Made by a program: the position numbers and the translations under genes
Assembly (NCBI GenBank): GCA_963678065.2
Contig: CAXXVZ010000005.1
Location: 320,001-384,000 of the forward strand
Length of the DNA stretch: 64,000 bases
Source of the DNA: Treponemataceae bacterium
Lineage (GTDB): Bacteria > Spirochaetota > Spirochaetia > Treponematales > Rectinemataceae
Direction of reading: 5' to 3'
Notes under the pieces: generated by a model
What the model saw: only the letters and a program-made list of their open reading frames with translations
What the model was told of the DNA's origin: nothing
The model's database searches: none
Shown: positions 39,985 to 49,629 of the stretch, in pieces
Layout of the letters: each line of letters begins with the position of its first letter
Numbering within the stretch: the first letter of the stretch is position 1

Positions 39985-40788
39985 TCAGAACAGCGGCTTG
40001 AGACTCTCCCTTGATGGCTTCAGCTGCTCCGGGGCAGCTTCCCTGACAAGGCCGCGCGCGAGGGCGATCATCGGATCCACGAGAGGTACTCCGCGGTACT
40101 GCAATCCGGTGAGCGCAAGGGGAATCTCCGTACAGGCGAGCACGATTGCATGTGAACCTTCCGAAACGAGAAAACGGGTGAATGCGAGCAATGCATCGTG
40201 AGCCCGTTCCGTTGGCGGATTGAGCGCTTTGAGTCCCCATTCGCGGTTGTAGATGACATCGTGAAGAGAATCCTGATCATTTCGCGGAATATGGACCGTC
40301 TCCATCCCATGTTGCCCGAGAACCATATCAAAAACCAGGGAAGCCCGCGTGCCTGTTGTGGACAGTATCCCGATCCTGCGCGCTCCCGGTACAAAACTCC
40401 TGATCAAACCGACGGTCTCCTCCAGCATATCGAGAATCTTGATCTGCGGAGCTCGCTCGGCTGCCATCTCGAGGAAGGGTCCGAATATTGCCGGAGCGTG
40501 GAAAGTATTGCAGGGTATGCCGCCAACACCGGTTGTGCCTTCGGAACCAAGCGCTCGCGCAGCCAGGGCGAAGGTTCTGGCCATGCCCTCCGCCGGGTTC
40601 TCCCTGGTTTGTCCAAGGAGAAAATCGGTCCTGTCGGGGATGTCATCTGACCGGGAATAGTGGTGAACTTCCAGGTGATCCTGGTCCAGCCCCCCTGTGA
40701 GTGTGTTCTCTATGATTTTTGCGTGGAGTGCCACACCTGCCATCGGACCGACTCCGCCGCCTATGATGATTGTCCTGTGCCCGGCCAT
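39985..40788 (-). CDS. Aspartate/glutamate racemase family protein
   Basis: GGVGPMAG, IPDRT, PCNTFH, ACTEIP (both catalytic Cys). Confidence 0.9.
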   Translation of the reverse strand: MAGHRTIIIGGGVGPMAGVALHAKIIENTLTGGLDQDHLEVHHYSRSDDIPDRTDFLLGQTRENPAEGMARTFALAARALGSEGTTGVGGIPCNTFHAPAIFGPFLEMAAERAPQIKILDMLEETVGLIRSFVPGARRIGILSTTGTRASLVFDMVLGQHGMETVHIPRNDQDSLHDVIYNREWGLKALNPPTERAHDALLAFTRFLVSEGSHAIVLACTEIPLALTGLQYRGVPLVDPMIALARGLVREAAPEQLKPSRESLKPLF

Positions 40789-40888
40789 ACTTTCCTCCCG
40801 GATTCTCGAGCAATCAGACTTTTATCCGTACGTCTTCTTGAAGGATTTAAGGATTTATTGAGGTCGGTTTGCTTCCTGAACGTTGCCG

Positions 40889-41608
40889 TCAAGCTCCCAT
40901 CAGGTAGGACACCGCGGTACCGGCTAGCAGTACCATGAGAATCCGCTGAAATACTCGGTTGGATATTCGTGTCGAGAGGTACTGCCCGGCGATGACACCC
41001 ACGATGGTGGGAACAAGCATGGCAAGGATGATCCTTCCGACCTCCGCCGTGAAAAACCCGCCGAAAAACAGAAGAGGAATCTTATACATATACGTCATCA
41101 CAAAGTAGATGGCGACGCTCGAGCGCAGCTCATCCTTGTTCATTCCGCGCAGTGTCAGGTAGATGACCACGGGTGGGCCGCCCATGGAGAAGGCGCCACC
41201 CAGGGCTCCTGCCACAAGGCCTGCCACCGCACCCCAGACCGCCGTAATTTTTCGCCCGAACCGTGGAACCGGCGACAGATTGTACAGGATGAATGCCACC
41301 AGGATTCCGCCCAGAATGCGCCGGGCGATGTGTTCATCCATCCCGGCGAGAAGGAAAATGCCGGCCGGAACACCGATAATCGTACCGCCAAGCAGGGGTA
41401 CCAGCTCCCGGATCCGGACATGCCGCCAGCCGAGCGCCAGGACGTACAGCGAATTTCCAGCAGAGAGTACCGTGATCGCGGGATTGAGCATTTTCAAGCC
41501 AAGGAACAGGGGCAGCACCGACATGGCGACAACGCCGTAGCCGAATCCCGTGACTCCCGCGACAATCGCGGCGAAGGCAGCCACGGCAATTGTAATCATC
41601 GTCTGCAC
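40889..41608 (-). CDS. TauE/SafE sulfite-exporter family membrane protein
   Basis: GVTGFGYG, GGAFSMGGPPVVIY; multiple TM helices. Confidence 0.85.
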   Translation of the reverse strand: MQTMITIAVAAFAAIVAGVTGFGYGVVAMSVLPLFLGLKMLNPAITVLSAGNSLYVLALGWRHVRIRELVPLLGGTIIGVPAGIFLLAGMDEHIARRILGGILVAFILYNLSPVPRFGRKITAVWGAVAGLVAGALGGAFSMGGPPVVIYLTLRGMNKDELRSSVAIYFVMTYMYKIPLLFFGGFFTAEVGRIILAMLVPTIVGVIAGQYLSTRISNRVFQRILMVLLAGTAVSYLMGA

Positions 41609-41704
41609 AGAGTGCCTCCTGGATCGCTCTCGAAGTCTCGGGACAAGGGCGATGCCAGATGAGCTGGATGCCTACCTGTCGAGTTGTCAACCTGTTTTGC
41701 GGGC

Positions 41705-43129
41705 TCAGTGCGTGCCATCGAGGATGGCCCCGGTCTCGCGCAGAAGATCGCGCAGGCGTTTCACATCGATCGATCGAAAGTCGGAATGTCGCTTTTCAAG
41801 GAAGAGCGCCGCGGCGATTCCAGCCGCGTGTCCCATCCCCATACACGAACCCATGACCCGCATCGAGCCATTCGCGTCGCGATCCGCAGAGGCGCATCGT
41901 CCTGCTACGAGGAGATTCTTGAGCTTCCGTGCTATCAGACATCCCCATGCGATGTCATAGGAACCTCCATCTGTTACCGGGATCCGGACCTGGCCAGTGC
42001 CGCTCTGGTGTATATCCACGTGATGGCACCCCTTGGCCACTCCTTCCGCGCTCTTCTTTCCCGAGAGGACCTCATCCCGGGACAAGACGTATTCCCCCGC
42101 AATTCGGCGGGTTTCCCGTATACCCAGTCGAGGCGCGACGGCTGTCAGCGATGCCCTCTCGAATCCCGGTACACAGGCTGTCAGGAATGCGGCACATCCG
42201 TCCACCTGATCCATGAGCGGACCAAGCGCGGCGGATAGTTCGCCTGTCCGCATCGCATCTACGTTCGCGACACGTGTGGCGTTCACGCACACTTCGTTTC
42301 GTCGCGGGACCGAAGGCTGGATCATGACAAGAGCCGTCGGAAAGAGTTCCCCGCGATCGATTGCGGGCGCGAGCAAGGTGCCATCGCCTCTGAAAAACAA
42401 CGCGGGACGACCTTGACGGTAGAGCGCCTCGGCCAGTTCCGCATCGGTGCGGCCTGCTCGTATGATTGCACTCTCCCCCAGGGCCAGCGCGGATGGATTC
42501 TTTCTTGCAAAATCCAAGAGGGGCTCCGTTTCCACACCTCCCATCCGGAACAGAAGCGATACAGGCTGGGATTCGCCCGGGACCCCGTCGGTGAGAAGGT
42601 CAGCCCCGGCCATAACCGCGAGATCGCCGTCGCCCGAGCAATCCAGGTAGACTGGGGCGCGAATCGTCGTTCTCCCTGACTTGTTGAGCACGTACAGAAA
42701 GCGGATGGTACCGCATTCGACTTCGACCCCGCAGCCCAAGGTCTGCAGGAGGATATCAACTTTGTGGGCGCGCATCGCATCTACCAGCGCGAACTTCATG
42801 ATCTCCGGATCGAAGGCGACATAGCGGATCAGTCGGTAGTCATTCACCACTTCGACATACCCGCCGCGCTCCCGACATCGCTCCAGAAAAGTTCGCCCCA
42901 TTCCGCCAAGTATCCACTCGCCCCATGCATTTACCGCGCCGTCAATCGGCATGCCACTCAGGAGCTCTCCGCCGGGGAAAGAGCCGGATTCGACGAGGAG
43001 AACCCTGACTCCCATCGAGGCAGCCGCGGTTGCGGCAGAAACGCCCGCTGCACCGGCGCCAAGGACGACCACATCATAGTCGAGAATGCCCGAACCTTGC
43101 CCCTGGCGTTGCACGTTTCCAGTCATCAT
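41705..43129 (-). CDS. FAD-dependent oxidoreductase (FAD_oxidored type)
   Basis: GAGAAG, DCSGDGD, RETRRI, NLLVAGRC, RVMGSCMGMG. Confidence 0.9.
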   Translation of the reverse strand: MMTGNVQRQGQGSGILDYDVVVLGAGAAGVSAATAAASMGVRVLLVESGSFPGGELLSGMPIDGAVNAWGEWILGGMGRTFLERCRERGGYVEVVNDYRLIRYVAFDPEIMKFALVDAMRAHKVDILLQTLGCGVEVECGTIRFLYVLNKSGRTTIRAPVYLDCSGDGDLAVMAGADLLTDGVPGESQPVSLLFRMGGVETEPLLDFARKNPSALALGESAIIRAGRTDAELAEALYRQGRPALFFRGDGTLLAPAIDRGELFPTALVMIQPSVPRRNEVCVNATRVANVDAMRTGELSAALGPLMDQVDGCAAFLTACVPGFERASLTAVAPRLGIRETRRIAGEYVLSRDEVLSGKKSAEGVAKGCHHVDIHQSGTGQVRIPVTDGGSYDIAWGCLIARKLKNLLVAGRCASADRDANGSMRVMGSCMGMGHAAGIAAALFLEKRHSDFRSIDVKRLRDLLRETGAILDGTH

Positions 43130-44295
43130 TCCTGATGCCCTGCCTGTTTCGCGTGACGATCCATCAGCTCGTCGATCTTCCGTCTCGCCACGTCGAAGGC
43201 GAGGTTCCTGTCATTCATCGAGCCTTCTCCACGGATTTCCACGATCAACTTGATGTTTTCATCGACCAGGGGCTCCAGCATGTGCAGCTCTTCCGCCCCG
43301 AGCCTGACTTTCAGTACGACTCCCGTATTCGCGAACTGCTCTGCCAGGCGTAAAGGCTCATTCGGCGCAGGATCTGCGACGTTACCGATTGCACAGTCGA
43401 CCATGGTCAGACCTTGCGTCCCGAGGAGAAGCGCAGTATTGTGCGCGAAATTCCCGCAACTATGTACCGCCAAACCACCAAAATGCCGCGCCAGCTGCTG
43501 ATTGTAGGGCAACGCCGTGTTCCTGTAGGCTGCAGGAGAGAGGAAGGCCATGTTGTCGTCCGAGATGCTGATGCCAGGGAGTCCGGGAGCTGACAGCATC
43601 ATGTGCCCCGGCGTGGAAAGCGTCATCCCGATGGCCTCCATCTGCCTCTCGGAAAAACCTACGATGGTATCCGTTATCGCCTGCAGCAAGGGACGGAGCG
43701 CTTCCGGCTCAGTAACCGACATCATGAGGAATTCACAGGAGTCGACAACAAGGCTTGCGGTGTCGTTGACGCTCTGTGTATCGGTGAGCGAGATGTCAAG
43801 CCGGTCCCCGGTGCTCTCCCGAAAATATTCGATCGTATCAAGCACCATCCGCATCGGTTCACAGCCGGCAATGTCGGGCTTCCGGAAGTCCGCGACATCC
43901 TCCAGTGTGCTATAGACCGACGTGGTTTGGGGTGCGGAGAAATCATCCCAGTGGAAGGGACAACCGAAGGCCGCTGCATAGATCCCCACTCCATGCCATG
44001 GTTCCAGGTAGGAAAAGATGATGTCCGACCGGAGTTCCAGATACCTGGAGAGGAGGTCGAGCTGGAATCCCAGCGATTTTTTCCTGTCCCTGCACAGAGC
44101 GCCGAAATGGTCGAGCGCGGTTGCCGGGCGCTGCACGACAGGGACGAACCACTCACCACCTGCCATGAAACTTCGGAACGATGCCTCCTTGATTTCCTTC
44201 ATTTTCAGGAATCGGTCATAGGGGAACTCGCCAGGTTGCACTGGACATCTCCTTACATATAGCGTCACGTCCTTTCTCTGCGGACGGGAACTCAC
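43126..44295 (-). CDS. Uroporphyrinogen decarboxylase-like family protein
   Basis: DTQS, ISDD...LSP, VHSCG. Confidence 0.7.
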   Translation of the reverse strand: MSSRPQRKDVTLYVRRCPVQPGEFPYDRFLKMKEIKEASFRSFMAGGEWFVPVVQRPATALDHFGALCRDRKKSLGFQLDLLSRYLELRSDIIFSYLEPWHGVGIYAAAFGCPFHWDDFSAPQTTSVYSTLEDVADFRKPDIAGCEPMRMVLDTIEYFRESTGDRLDISLTDTQSVNDTASLVVDSCEFLMMSVTEPEALRPLLQAITDTIVGFSERQMEAIGMTLSTPGHMMLSAPGLPGISISDDNMAFLSPAAYRNTALPYNQQLARHFGGLAVHSCGNFAHNTALLLGTQGLTMVDCAIGNVADPAPNEPLRLAEQFANTGVVLKVRLGAEELHMLEPLVDENIKLIVEIRGEGSMNDRNLAFDVARRKIDELMDRHAKQAGHQE

Positions 44296-44328
44296 TCTGC
44301 CATTTTCGTGGCGAGGCTTCCTCCGGGC

Positions 44329-45834
44329 TCAGAAGAGGCTGTTCGCCATCTCGACAGTATGCCCGACAAGCAGTGTGCCGCCTTCCGGTCCGACGAGATT
44401 GCTGGCAGGAATGGCGCTGTAGCCGCCGCCCTGTACAGCCCGCGCGGTCGGGAGATAGCCACCCTCGTCGCAGGCGAGCTGCACGATAAGCAGCTGCTTC
44501 GCCCTACAGCGCCCGCGCATTCTGAGGCCGTATTCCAGATACAGCTCGAAGGGGTTGGTGACCAGCACGGAATCGCCTATCCGAACAGCATGGATTTCGG
44601 TCTGGAAAAAATCAGCGGATTGCTGGAGGCGGAACCTGCGCACAACGCCATATGGCGGGAAAGCCTCCTCGCGGAGCTTGGACGATAGCGCGCCATAGAC
44701 TTCGTCGATGTCGCCATGGATACCGTTCCGGGCAAGGATGTCCGCGCACAGGATTTGCGCCCGCGCGTATTCCTCGGCTGTTACGCGACGCAGGGGCAGC
44801 TCGAGCTTCCTGGAAACATGTCGGAAGATGACTGCTCCCTGCGACTTTCGTTCTGCCCTTGGGAAGGCCTCGACGACAGCTCCGGCGATTCGCCGCCCCA
44901 GTATCTCCAGTCCTCGTTCGTCATACATCTCCCATCCCGACCCATCCGTGCCGGAAACCGGAAGGTGGCTGTTGAGCGGGGACTCGCGAACCTCCGTCGA
45001 GGCTTCCCGGCGCAGCCGGACGAGATCGCGGGGAGACTGGTCCCCCGCAGATCCGATTGCCGCGAGGACAAAAATGCCGCTGCCGAGTTTCCTGCGGATC
45101 TCCGCCCTCGCCTCGCTCCAGTAATCTGCCGACACAAAGGACTTGTGTTCCACAACCTGGGAAGGACAGCACACATTCGCCATGACCCCCGTAAGGTGGT
45201 CTGACGAGTCCAGGAAAAAGAGCATTTCCACATTGGAATCGTTCGGTCCGAGAATTCCCTCAAAATCAGCCGTTCCCGTATCACCGTACATTTTCACCGA
45301 ACCATCCCGGTACGAGGCCATCCTGCAATGTCCTGTCACGGCGGGCTCCGTTTCCGCGCCTACCCGGCCAGGCATTCTCCCGTTCCATGCCTCCTCAGAG
45401 GCATCGGCAACCTGCCTGACAAGGAATGCGAAGTATTCCGTGGGTGACACCAGACCTTCTCGGGCAGAAGCCATCGGTGTCGCCGTCATTCGCGGACCGG
45501 CATTGTCGGCCCAGAAGCATGGGGCAGTGTGGGTGTGAGTCGCGAACATTATGATCCCATCGGTATCGAAGCCCGGAATCCTCCTGCATACCTCGATCCT
45601 GACGTTTTCGAGCAGCGAGCGGGGAATGGAGGCGAGATCGCAGGACACAAGGATGCAGGCCTCTCTCTCACCCGGGGCGTCCACAGTCTCCAGGGCGAGG
45701 GCGGTGATGGTCAGGGGATCCCGGACGTACTCCGAAATCCGCTCGTAGAATTGCCCCCGCAGCGCCACCGGTCCTGCGGGAACGATTTCGCGCGATGCCC
45801 ACCCGACATTGAGAGTGTTTCCACCTTCCTGCAT
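44329..45834 (-). CDS. Neutral-ceramidase-like hydrolase
   Basis: RDPLT, ATHTHTAP, SADYW, GDQSPRD, PFELY, GGYS. Confidence 0.78.
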   Translation of the reverse strand: MQEGGNTLNVGWASREIVPAGPVALRGQFYERISEYVRDPLTITALALETVDAPGEREACILVSCDLASIPRSLLENVRIEVCRRIPGFDTDGIIMFATHTHTAPCFWADNAGPRMTATPMASAREGLVSPTEYFAFLVRQVADASEEAWNGRMPGRVGAETEPAVTGHCRMASYRDGSVKMYGDTGTADFEGILGPNDSNVEMLFFLDSSDHLTGVMANVCCPSQVVEHKSFVSADYWSEARAEIRRKLGSGIFVLAAIGSAGDQSPRDLVRLRREASTEVRESPLNSHLPVSGTDGSGWEMYDERGLEILGRRIAGAVVEAFPRAERKSQGAVIFRHVSRKLELPLRRVTAEEYARAQILCADILARNGIHGDIDEVYGALSSKLREEAFPPYGVVRRFRLQQSADFFQTEIHAVRIGDSVLVTNPFELYLEYGLRMRGRCRAKQLLIVQLACDEGGYLPTARAVQGGGYSAIPASNLVGPEGGTLLVGHTVEMANSLF

Positions 45835-45894
45835 GATTCCCCCTCTTTTCTCTCCGCGAATCCGCTTACGGTATGCAATGCAACATGATGTATG

Positions 45895-45994
45895 AGCATA
45901 TGACGTGACTGGAAATCTGTCAAGATAAAATTTCGAAAATTTATGCATATATAATCCACTAATTTTCGAAAATATATGTCATTAGTTTTCGCAA
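45895..45994 (-). promoter_or_regulatory. Internal promoter with TTTTCGAAAA operators
   Basis: TTGACA(45923-45918)-N17-TATGCT(45900-45895); ATTTCGAAAA at 45930, perfect ATTTTCGAAAAT at 45962-45973. Confidence 0.78.
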
Positions 45995-46311
45995 CCCGCG
46001 CAATGACTCCCAATCTCCATCTGCGCCAGCGGAAAGTGCTGCTGACTGCCATAGACATCGCAATCGCCGGGTGCGCCGGAGCTTACGGGGCGCGGCATTG
46101 TCACCTTGATGGCGAGTATTCTCCGGAAAGGGTGAATCCTGATTTTTCCCGCTTCGGTGCGGTATAACTTTGCGATTTTCTTTTCGGTGAATTCGGCCGA
46201 AGACAGAACCATTTCGAAATCCTCTTCCCGAACGAAAATCAGATCCAGCGTCAGCGTGAACGGGCCGGCGTTTTTGCTGCGTATGACTTTGGCGATATCG
46301 TATACTTTCAT
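45982..46311 (-). CDS. DUF4387 family protein
   Basis: AKVIRSKNAGPFTLTLD, DVYGSQQHFPL. Confidence 0.85.
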   Translation of the reverse strand: MKVYDIAKVIRSKNAGPFTLTLDLIFVREEDFEMVLSSAEFTEKKIAKLYRTEAGKIRIHPFRRILAIKVTMPRPVSSGAPGDCDVYGSQQHFPLAQMEIGSHCAGCEN

Positions 46312-47594
46312 GATTCGACTTCTTTGACGAGTTCCAGTATCGTATCGGCGATGATGTCCCCGGCCGCAGGTTCCATTTTGCTCCAGAACGCCCAGGTGCT
46401 CTCATGCCCTCCGATGCGGTCGAAGGCTTCCCTATTCGGAACATAGCCCATCCAACCGTTCGCGAGGGAAACCACAAAAGTTCTGGATGCCGTGCTCTGT
46501 CCTTTTATGCGCAGCGAGTGTTGCGCGAAATACTCGGCCGGAACGGCTCCGAAAACCGTATCTCCTATTTTAAAAACCTGTATTTCGGCCTCCTCGTGAT
46601 CACTCCGTGAATGCAGTTCCTTCAACTTCTCAAGCGACCATCTGTACCAGCCTTTGCCGACAAGGCTCCTGAAAACATTGAAACGGGACAAATCGTCGAT
46701 GCTTTCTTCAAGCCCGCCGAAGTCGCGGTACTTGATCCGTATCGTCGCGGATTTCACCGAGAGCGAGGCCTGTGGGGAGAACCTCAGCCTATCCACGAGG
46801 TGAAGCACATCGTCGGCCAGAATGCCGCCGGCAAATTCCTTCGTATCCTTCTGGTCAGGATCCGAATAGTTCCGATGAATTACATTGCCGCAGGCTCCGT
46901 TGAGGAATACGCTGACAAAGTTTTTCCCGAAGTTTTCCTTGAGGCGATTGCACACCACACCCGGATAACCGGCGGAGAGGCTCCCCATCAGATGCACCGC
47001 ATGGCAGGAGAAATTCACGAGTGTTCCCAAATTGCCGTGGTTCAAATCCCTGACGCACAATACTCCGATTTCCGGATCGATCACGCCTTCGTTTATAAGG
47101 GTATCTTCCCCGATGGTCCGGAAATCCGGCTCGGAGATCACCGAGCCGTTTCCCATGATGTAGCGACGGTTGAATGAAATTCTTCTTTCATCGCAGGAAC
47201 CCGAAGCGATCTCGACCGGGACCATCCCGTCATAGGCCTGGATGACGGCTCTCGCTCCCTGCACAACCATGAAGTCCAGATACCTGTCTTCCTTTTCCGA
47301 ACCCGGACGGTTCACGACAGCGGGGCATGCGTGATTATGTGTCGCGCAGACCATGACGTTCCCGGCGGGTATTGCGCGTTTCAGCGCTATCATTTCGCGG
47401 ATGCGCTCCACATATTCACGCTCCGCGATGACCACATCCAGCGACAAAAAGGCCAGGACCGTGTTGCCGTCACTGAAAACGGCGGCATGGGCGAAAAGCG
47501 GGTCGATCACAGAGTCGGCAGATGCAAAATAAGTCCTGATCGGGAAATATTCGGGACTTATATCCGTTTCCGAGAATCCAGCGTATATGTTCAT
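46308..47594 (-). CDS. Neutral-ceramidase-like hydrolase
   Basis: DISP, DPLFA, ATHNHACP, NFSCHAV, SAGYPG, PAEYF, GGHE. Confidence 0.8.
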   Translation of the reverse strand: MNIYAGFSETDISPEYFPIRTYFASADSVIDPLFAHAAVFSDGNTVLAFLSLDVVIAEREYVERIREMIALKRAIPAGNVMVCATHNHACPAVVNRPGSEKEDRYLDFMVVQGARAVIQAYDGMVPVEIASGSCDERRISFNRRYIMGNGSVISEPDFRTIGEDTLINEGVIDPEIGVLCVRDLNHGNLGTLVNFSCHAVHLMGSLSAGYPGVVCNRLKENFGKNFVSVFLNGACGNVIHRNYSDPDQKDTKEFAGGILADDVLHLVDRLRFSPQASLSVKSATIRIKYRDFGGLEESIDDLSRFNVFRSLVGKGWYRWSLEKLKELHSRSDHEEAEIQVFKIGDTVFGAVPAEYFAQHSLRIKGQSTASRTFVVSLANGWMGYVPNREAFDRIGGHESTWAFWSKMEPAAGDIIADTILELVKEVES

Positions 47595-47605
47595 GCATCC
47601 CCCTA

Positions 47606-48967
47606 TCACACCTCGACATATTTTACGGGAAACATTTCTCCCGTGTTTTCGACATTCATCAGATGATAAAGTGAAAATTCATATATTTCGCCGCCGGAAA
47701 GGTCGGAAGGCGAAAAAGGAAACGCAAGATTGCCCGCGGTCGTCTTGCGCCCTTCGAAAGGCTGATGGAGCGCGGTCGATCTGGCAAGACTGAGGATGCT
47801 GTCGGCAAGCTTCTGTGTAGGCGCAATCGCTTCGATCATGAGTCCTATTTCATGGGGCAGGGGAGGATTTTCCGGTTTGACGAAGGTGCACGCATCAAGT
47901 CCATAACGTCTGAAAATCACGCGATAGTCATTTTCGGCGACTCTGCCTCCGAGGTTGGTGGCAAGGGCTTTCATCACGCCGCTCTGCAGCTCATCGAGAT
48001 GTGCGATGACCATGGGGTCGCATGTTCCCGCGATCGCCACGGTGCGAAACCCCTTCAGTTCCGCGCCTTCCAGCTTCAGTGTCCGCTGTGCCGGAGCCCG
48101 CAGGACAGTCCTGGAAACCTTCACCGCACGGGATGATACCTGTTCGAAAATTGACTGACGCATGTCTATCATGCCTTCCGGCTCATAAAAGCGATCCGGA
48201 TCCGGCTGCTCGTACAGCGAGTGCCCGGCGACGGATTCAGGTGTGCATTTCCTCGCCAGATCGACCGGTTCGACAATGAAATGATCCTTGCGGAGGGTAC
48301 AGAGCAGAGAATCGTTCGCACCCGCCGGATAAGCGCAGAGCGCCCCGCATTCCGCGATTTTGGCGCAATGCAGGGAAAGCCCGGGGTCAAACCCCTTCCA
48401 TATTGGATAGGCTGCGAAGATTGCGGTGTCACAACAGCGACCGGAGACAATCACGTCCGCTCCACCCGCCAGAGCCTCTATCAGGGGTTCCGTACCGAAC
48501 TGTCCGACAGGATTGCATACATTGTCGATTTTTTCGACGGTAAGTCCATGAACCGGCCCGCAGGGAGAAATCCGGCCTTCCGCCAATGCCTGTCTGAGCG
48601 TCTCTCGCGATATGTCGGAATATATGACTGCCAGTCTGAAATGGAGATCTTTTGCGCCGGCGATGTCCAGCAGTATTTCCACGAATGTGTCGACGTGCGG
48701 CTTCGCGCCGGAACCGCCTGCGCTGCCGATTATCAGCGGGATTTTTTTCCGCCTCGCGGCGAGCAGGGCAAGTTCGAGGTCGCGCCGGACCTGCATCTCT
48801 TTCACAAAACCTTTGCCGCTTCCCAGATAATACGGTCCGGGATCTGTCGAACCGCTGTCCACGCCTATGAACGCCAGGTCTTCCAGCAGCGCCCGCCGTA
48901 ATCCTTCCTCGGAGAAGCCGTAGCCCAGCATGCCGCAGACAGACAGATATTTGATCTCCTCAGGCAT
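47606..48967 (-). CDS. AtuA (DUF1446) family protein
   Basis: GMLGYGF, DSGSTDPGPYYLG, GSAGGSG, KIAECGA, HSLYE, TAGNLAFPFSP. Confidence 0.85.
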   Translation of the reverse strand: MPEEIKYLSVCGMLGYGFSEEGLRRALLEDLAFIGVDSGSTDPGPYYLGSGKGFVKEMQVRRDLELALLAARRKKIPLIIGSAGGSGAKPHVDTFVEILLDIAGAKDLHFRLAVIYSDISRETLRQALAEGRISPCGPVHGLTVEKIDNVCNPVGQFGTEPLIEALAGGADVIVSGRCCDTAIFAAYPIWKGFDPGLSLHCAKIAECGALCAYPAGANDSLLCTLRKDHFIVEPVDLARKCTPESVAGHSLYEQPDPDRFYEPEGMIDMRQSIFEQVSSRAVKVSRTVLRAPAQRTLKLEGAELKGFRTVAIAGTCDPMVIAHLDELQSGVMKALATNLGGRVAENDYRVIFRRYGLDACTFVKPENPPLPHEIGLMIEAIAPTQKLADSILSLARSTALHQPFEGRKTTAGNLAFPFSPSDLSGGEIYEFSLYHLMNVENTGEMFPVKYVEV

Positions 48968-48970
48968 ATT

Positions 48971-49618
48971 TCACCTCGCGCCAATTCGTGATGAATATAC
49001 ATCGGTGAACGAATAGGTCGACGGAATGCCGAGGGATTCGTTGATCTTTGTCATATTGCCCTCCGTCTCGGCGTTCAGATTTTCGAAGTAACTGTTGCCG
49101 TGCGCATCCAGCGCCACGAAGAAAGGTCCGAAATTTCTCACTTCCATCACCCAGGTAGCCTCGGTTTTCCCGAGTTCATCGAGAAAATACACACAGTGGA
49201 CCTTCGTCACCTGATCCCGCAGTTGGTTTCCGCATACGCCGATTTTGCTGAGATAGATTCCGCCGACTTCCTTCAGCGCTTCCGACGTATGCGACCCCAT
49301 CGTGGTCTTCCCGATCAGCGTGCGCAGGCCGAACTTCCTGACGACGTCCGCTCCGTAACGCTCAAACCGTATGCTTGAGGTCGGTTCGATGCTGACGATC
49401 TTCCATTCGCCCGCTTCCTGCCGCATAACAGGACCGACGTGAAAGAAACAATTTACCTTCGCATAATCCAGCGGAGGAAACAGGTTCTCTTCGATGGCGC
49501 GTATATGGAAACGGCTGCGGCCGGTGAAGAGCATGCCGCTGACATGCACGATCTCCCCAAGTCTCAACGCCAAAGCGTCCTCTTCACTCAAGGGAAGCCG
49601 TATTTCTCTTGTTTTCAT
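48971..49618 (-). CDS. Fe-S hydro-lyase (fumarate hydratase/tartrate dehydratase) beta subunit
   Basis: PLSEE..L.LG, HVGPV, PTSSIR, FGPFFVALDAHGN. Confidence 0.85.
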   Translation of the reverse strand: MKTREIRLPLSEEDALALRLGEIVHVSGMLFTGRSRFHIRAIEENLFPPLDYAKVNCFFHVGPVMRQEAGEWKIVSIEPTSSIRFERYGADVVRKFGLRTLIGKTTMGSHTSEALKEVGGIYLSKIGVCGNQLRDQVTKVHCVYFLDELGKTEATWVMEVRNFGPFFVALDAHGNSYFENLNAETEGNMTKINESLGIPSTYSFTDVYSSRIGAR

Positions 49619-49629
49619 GTTCGATCCTT

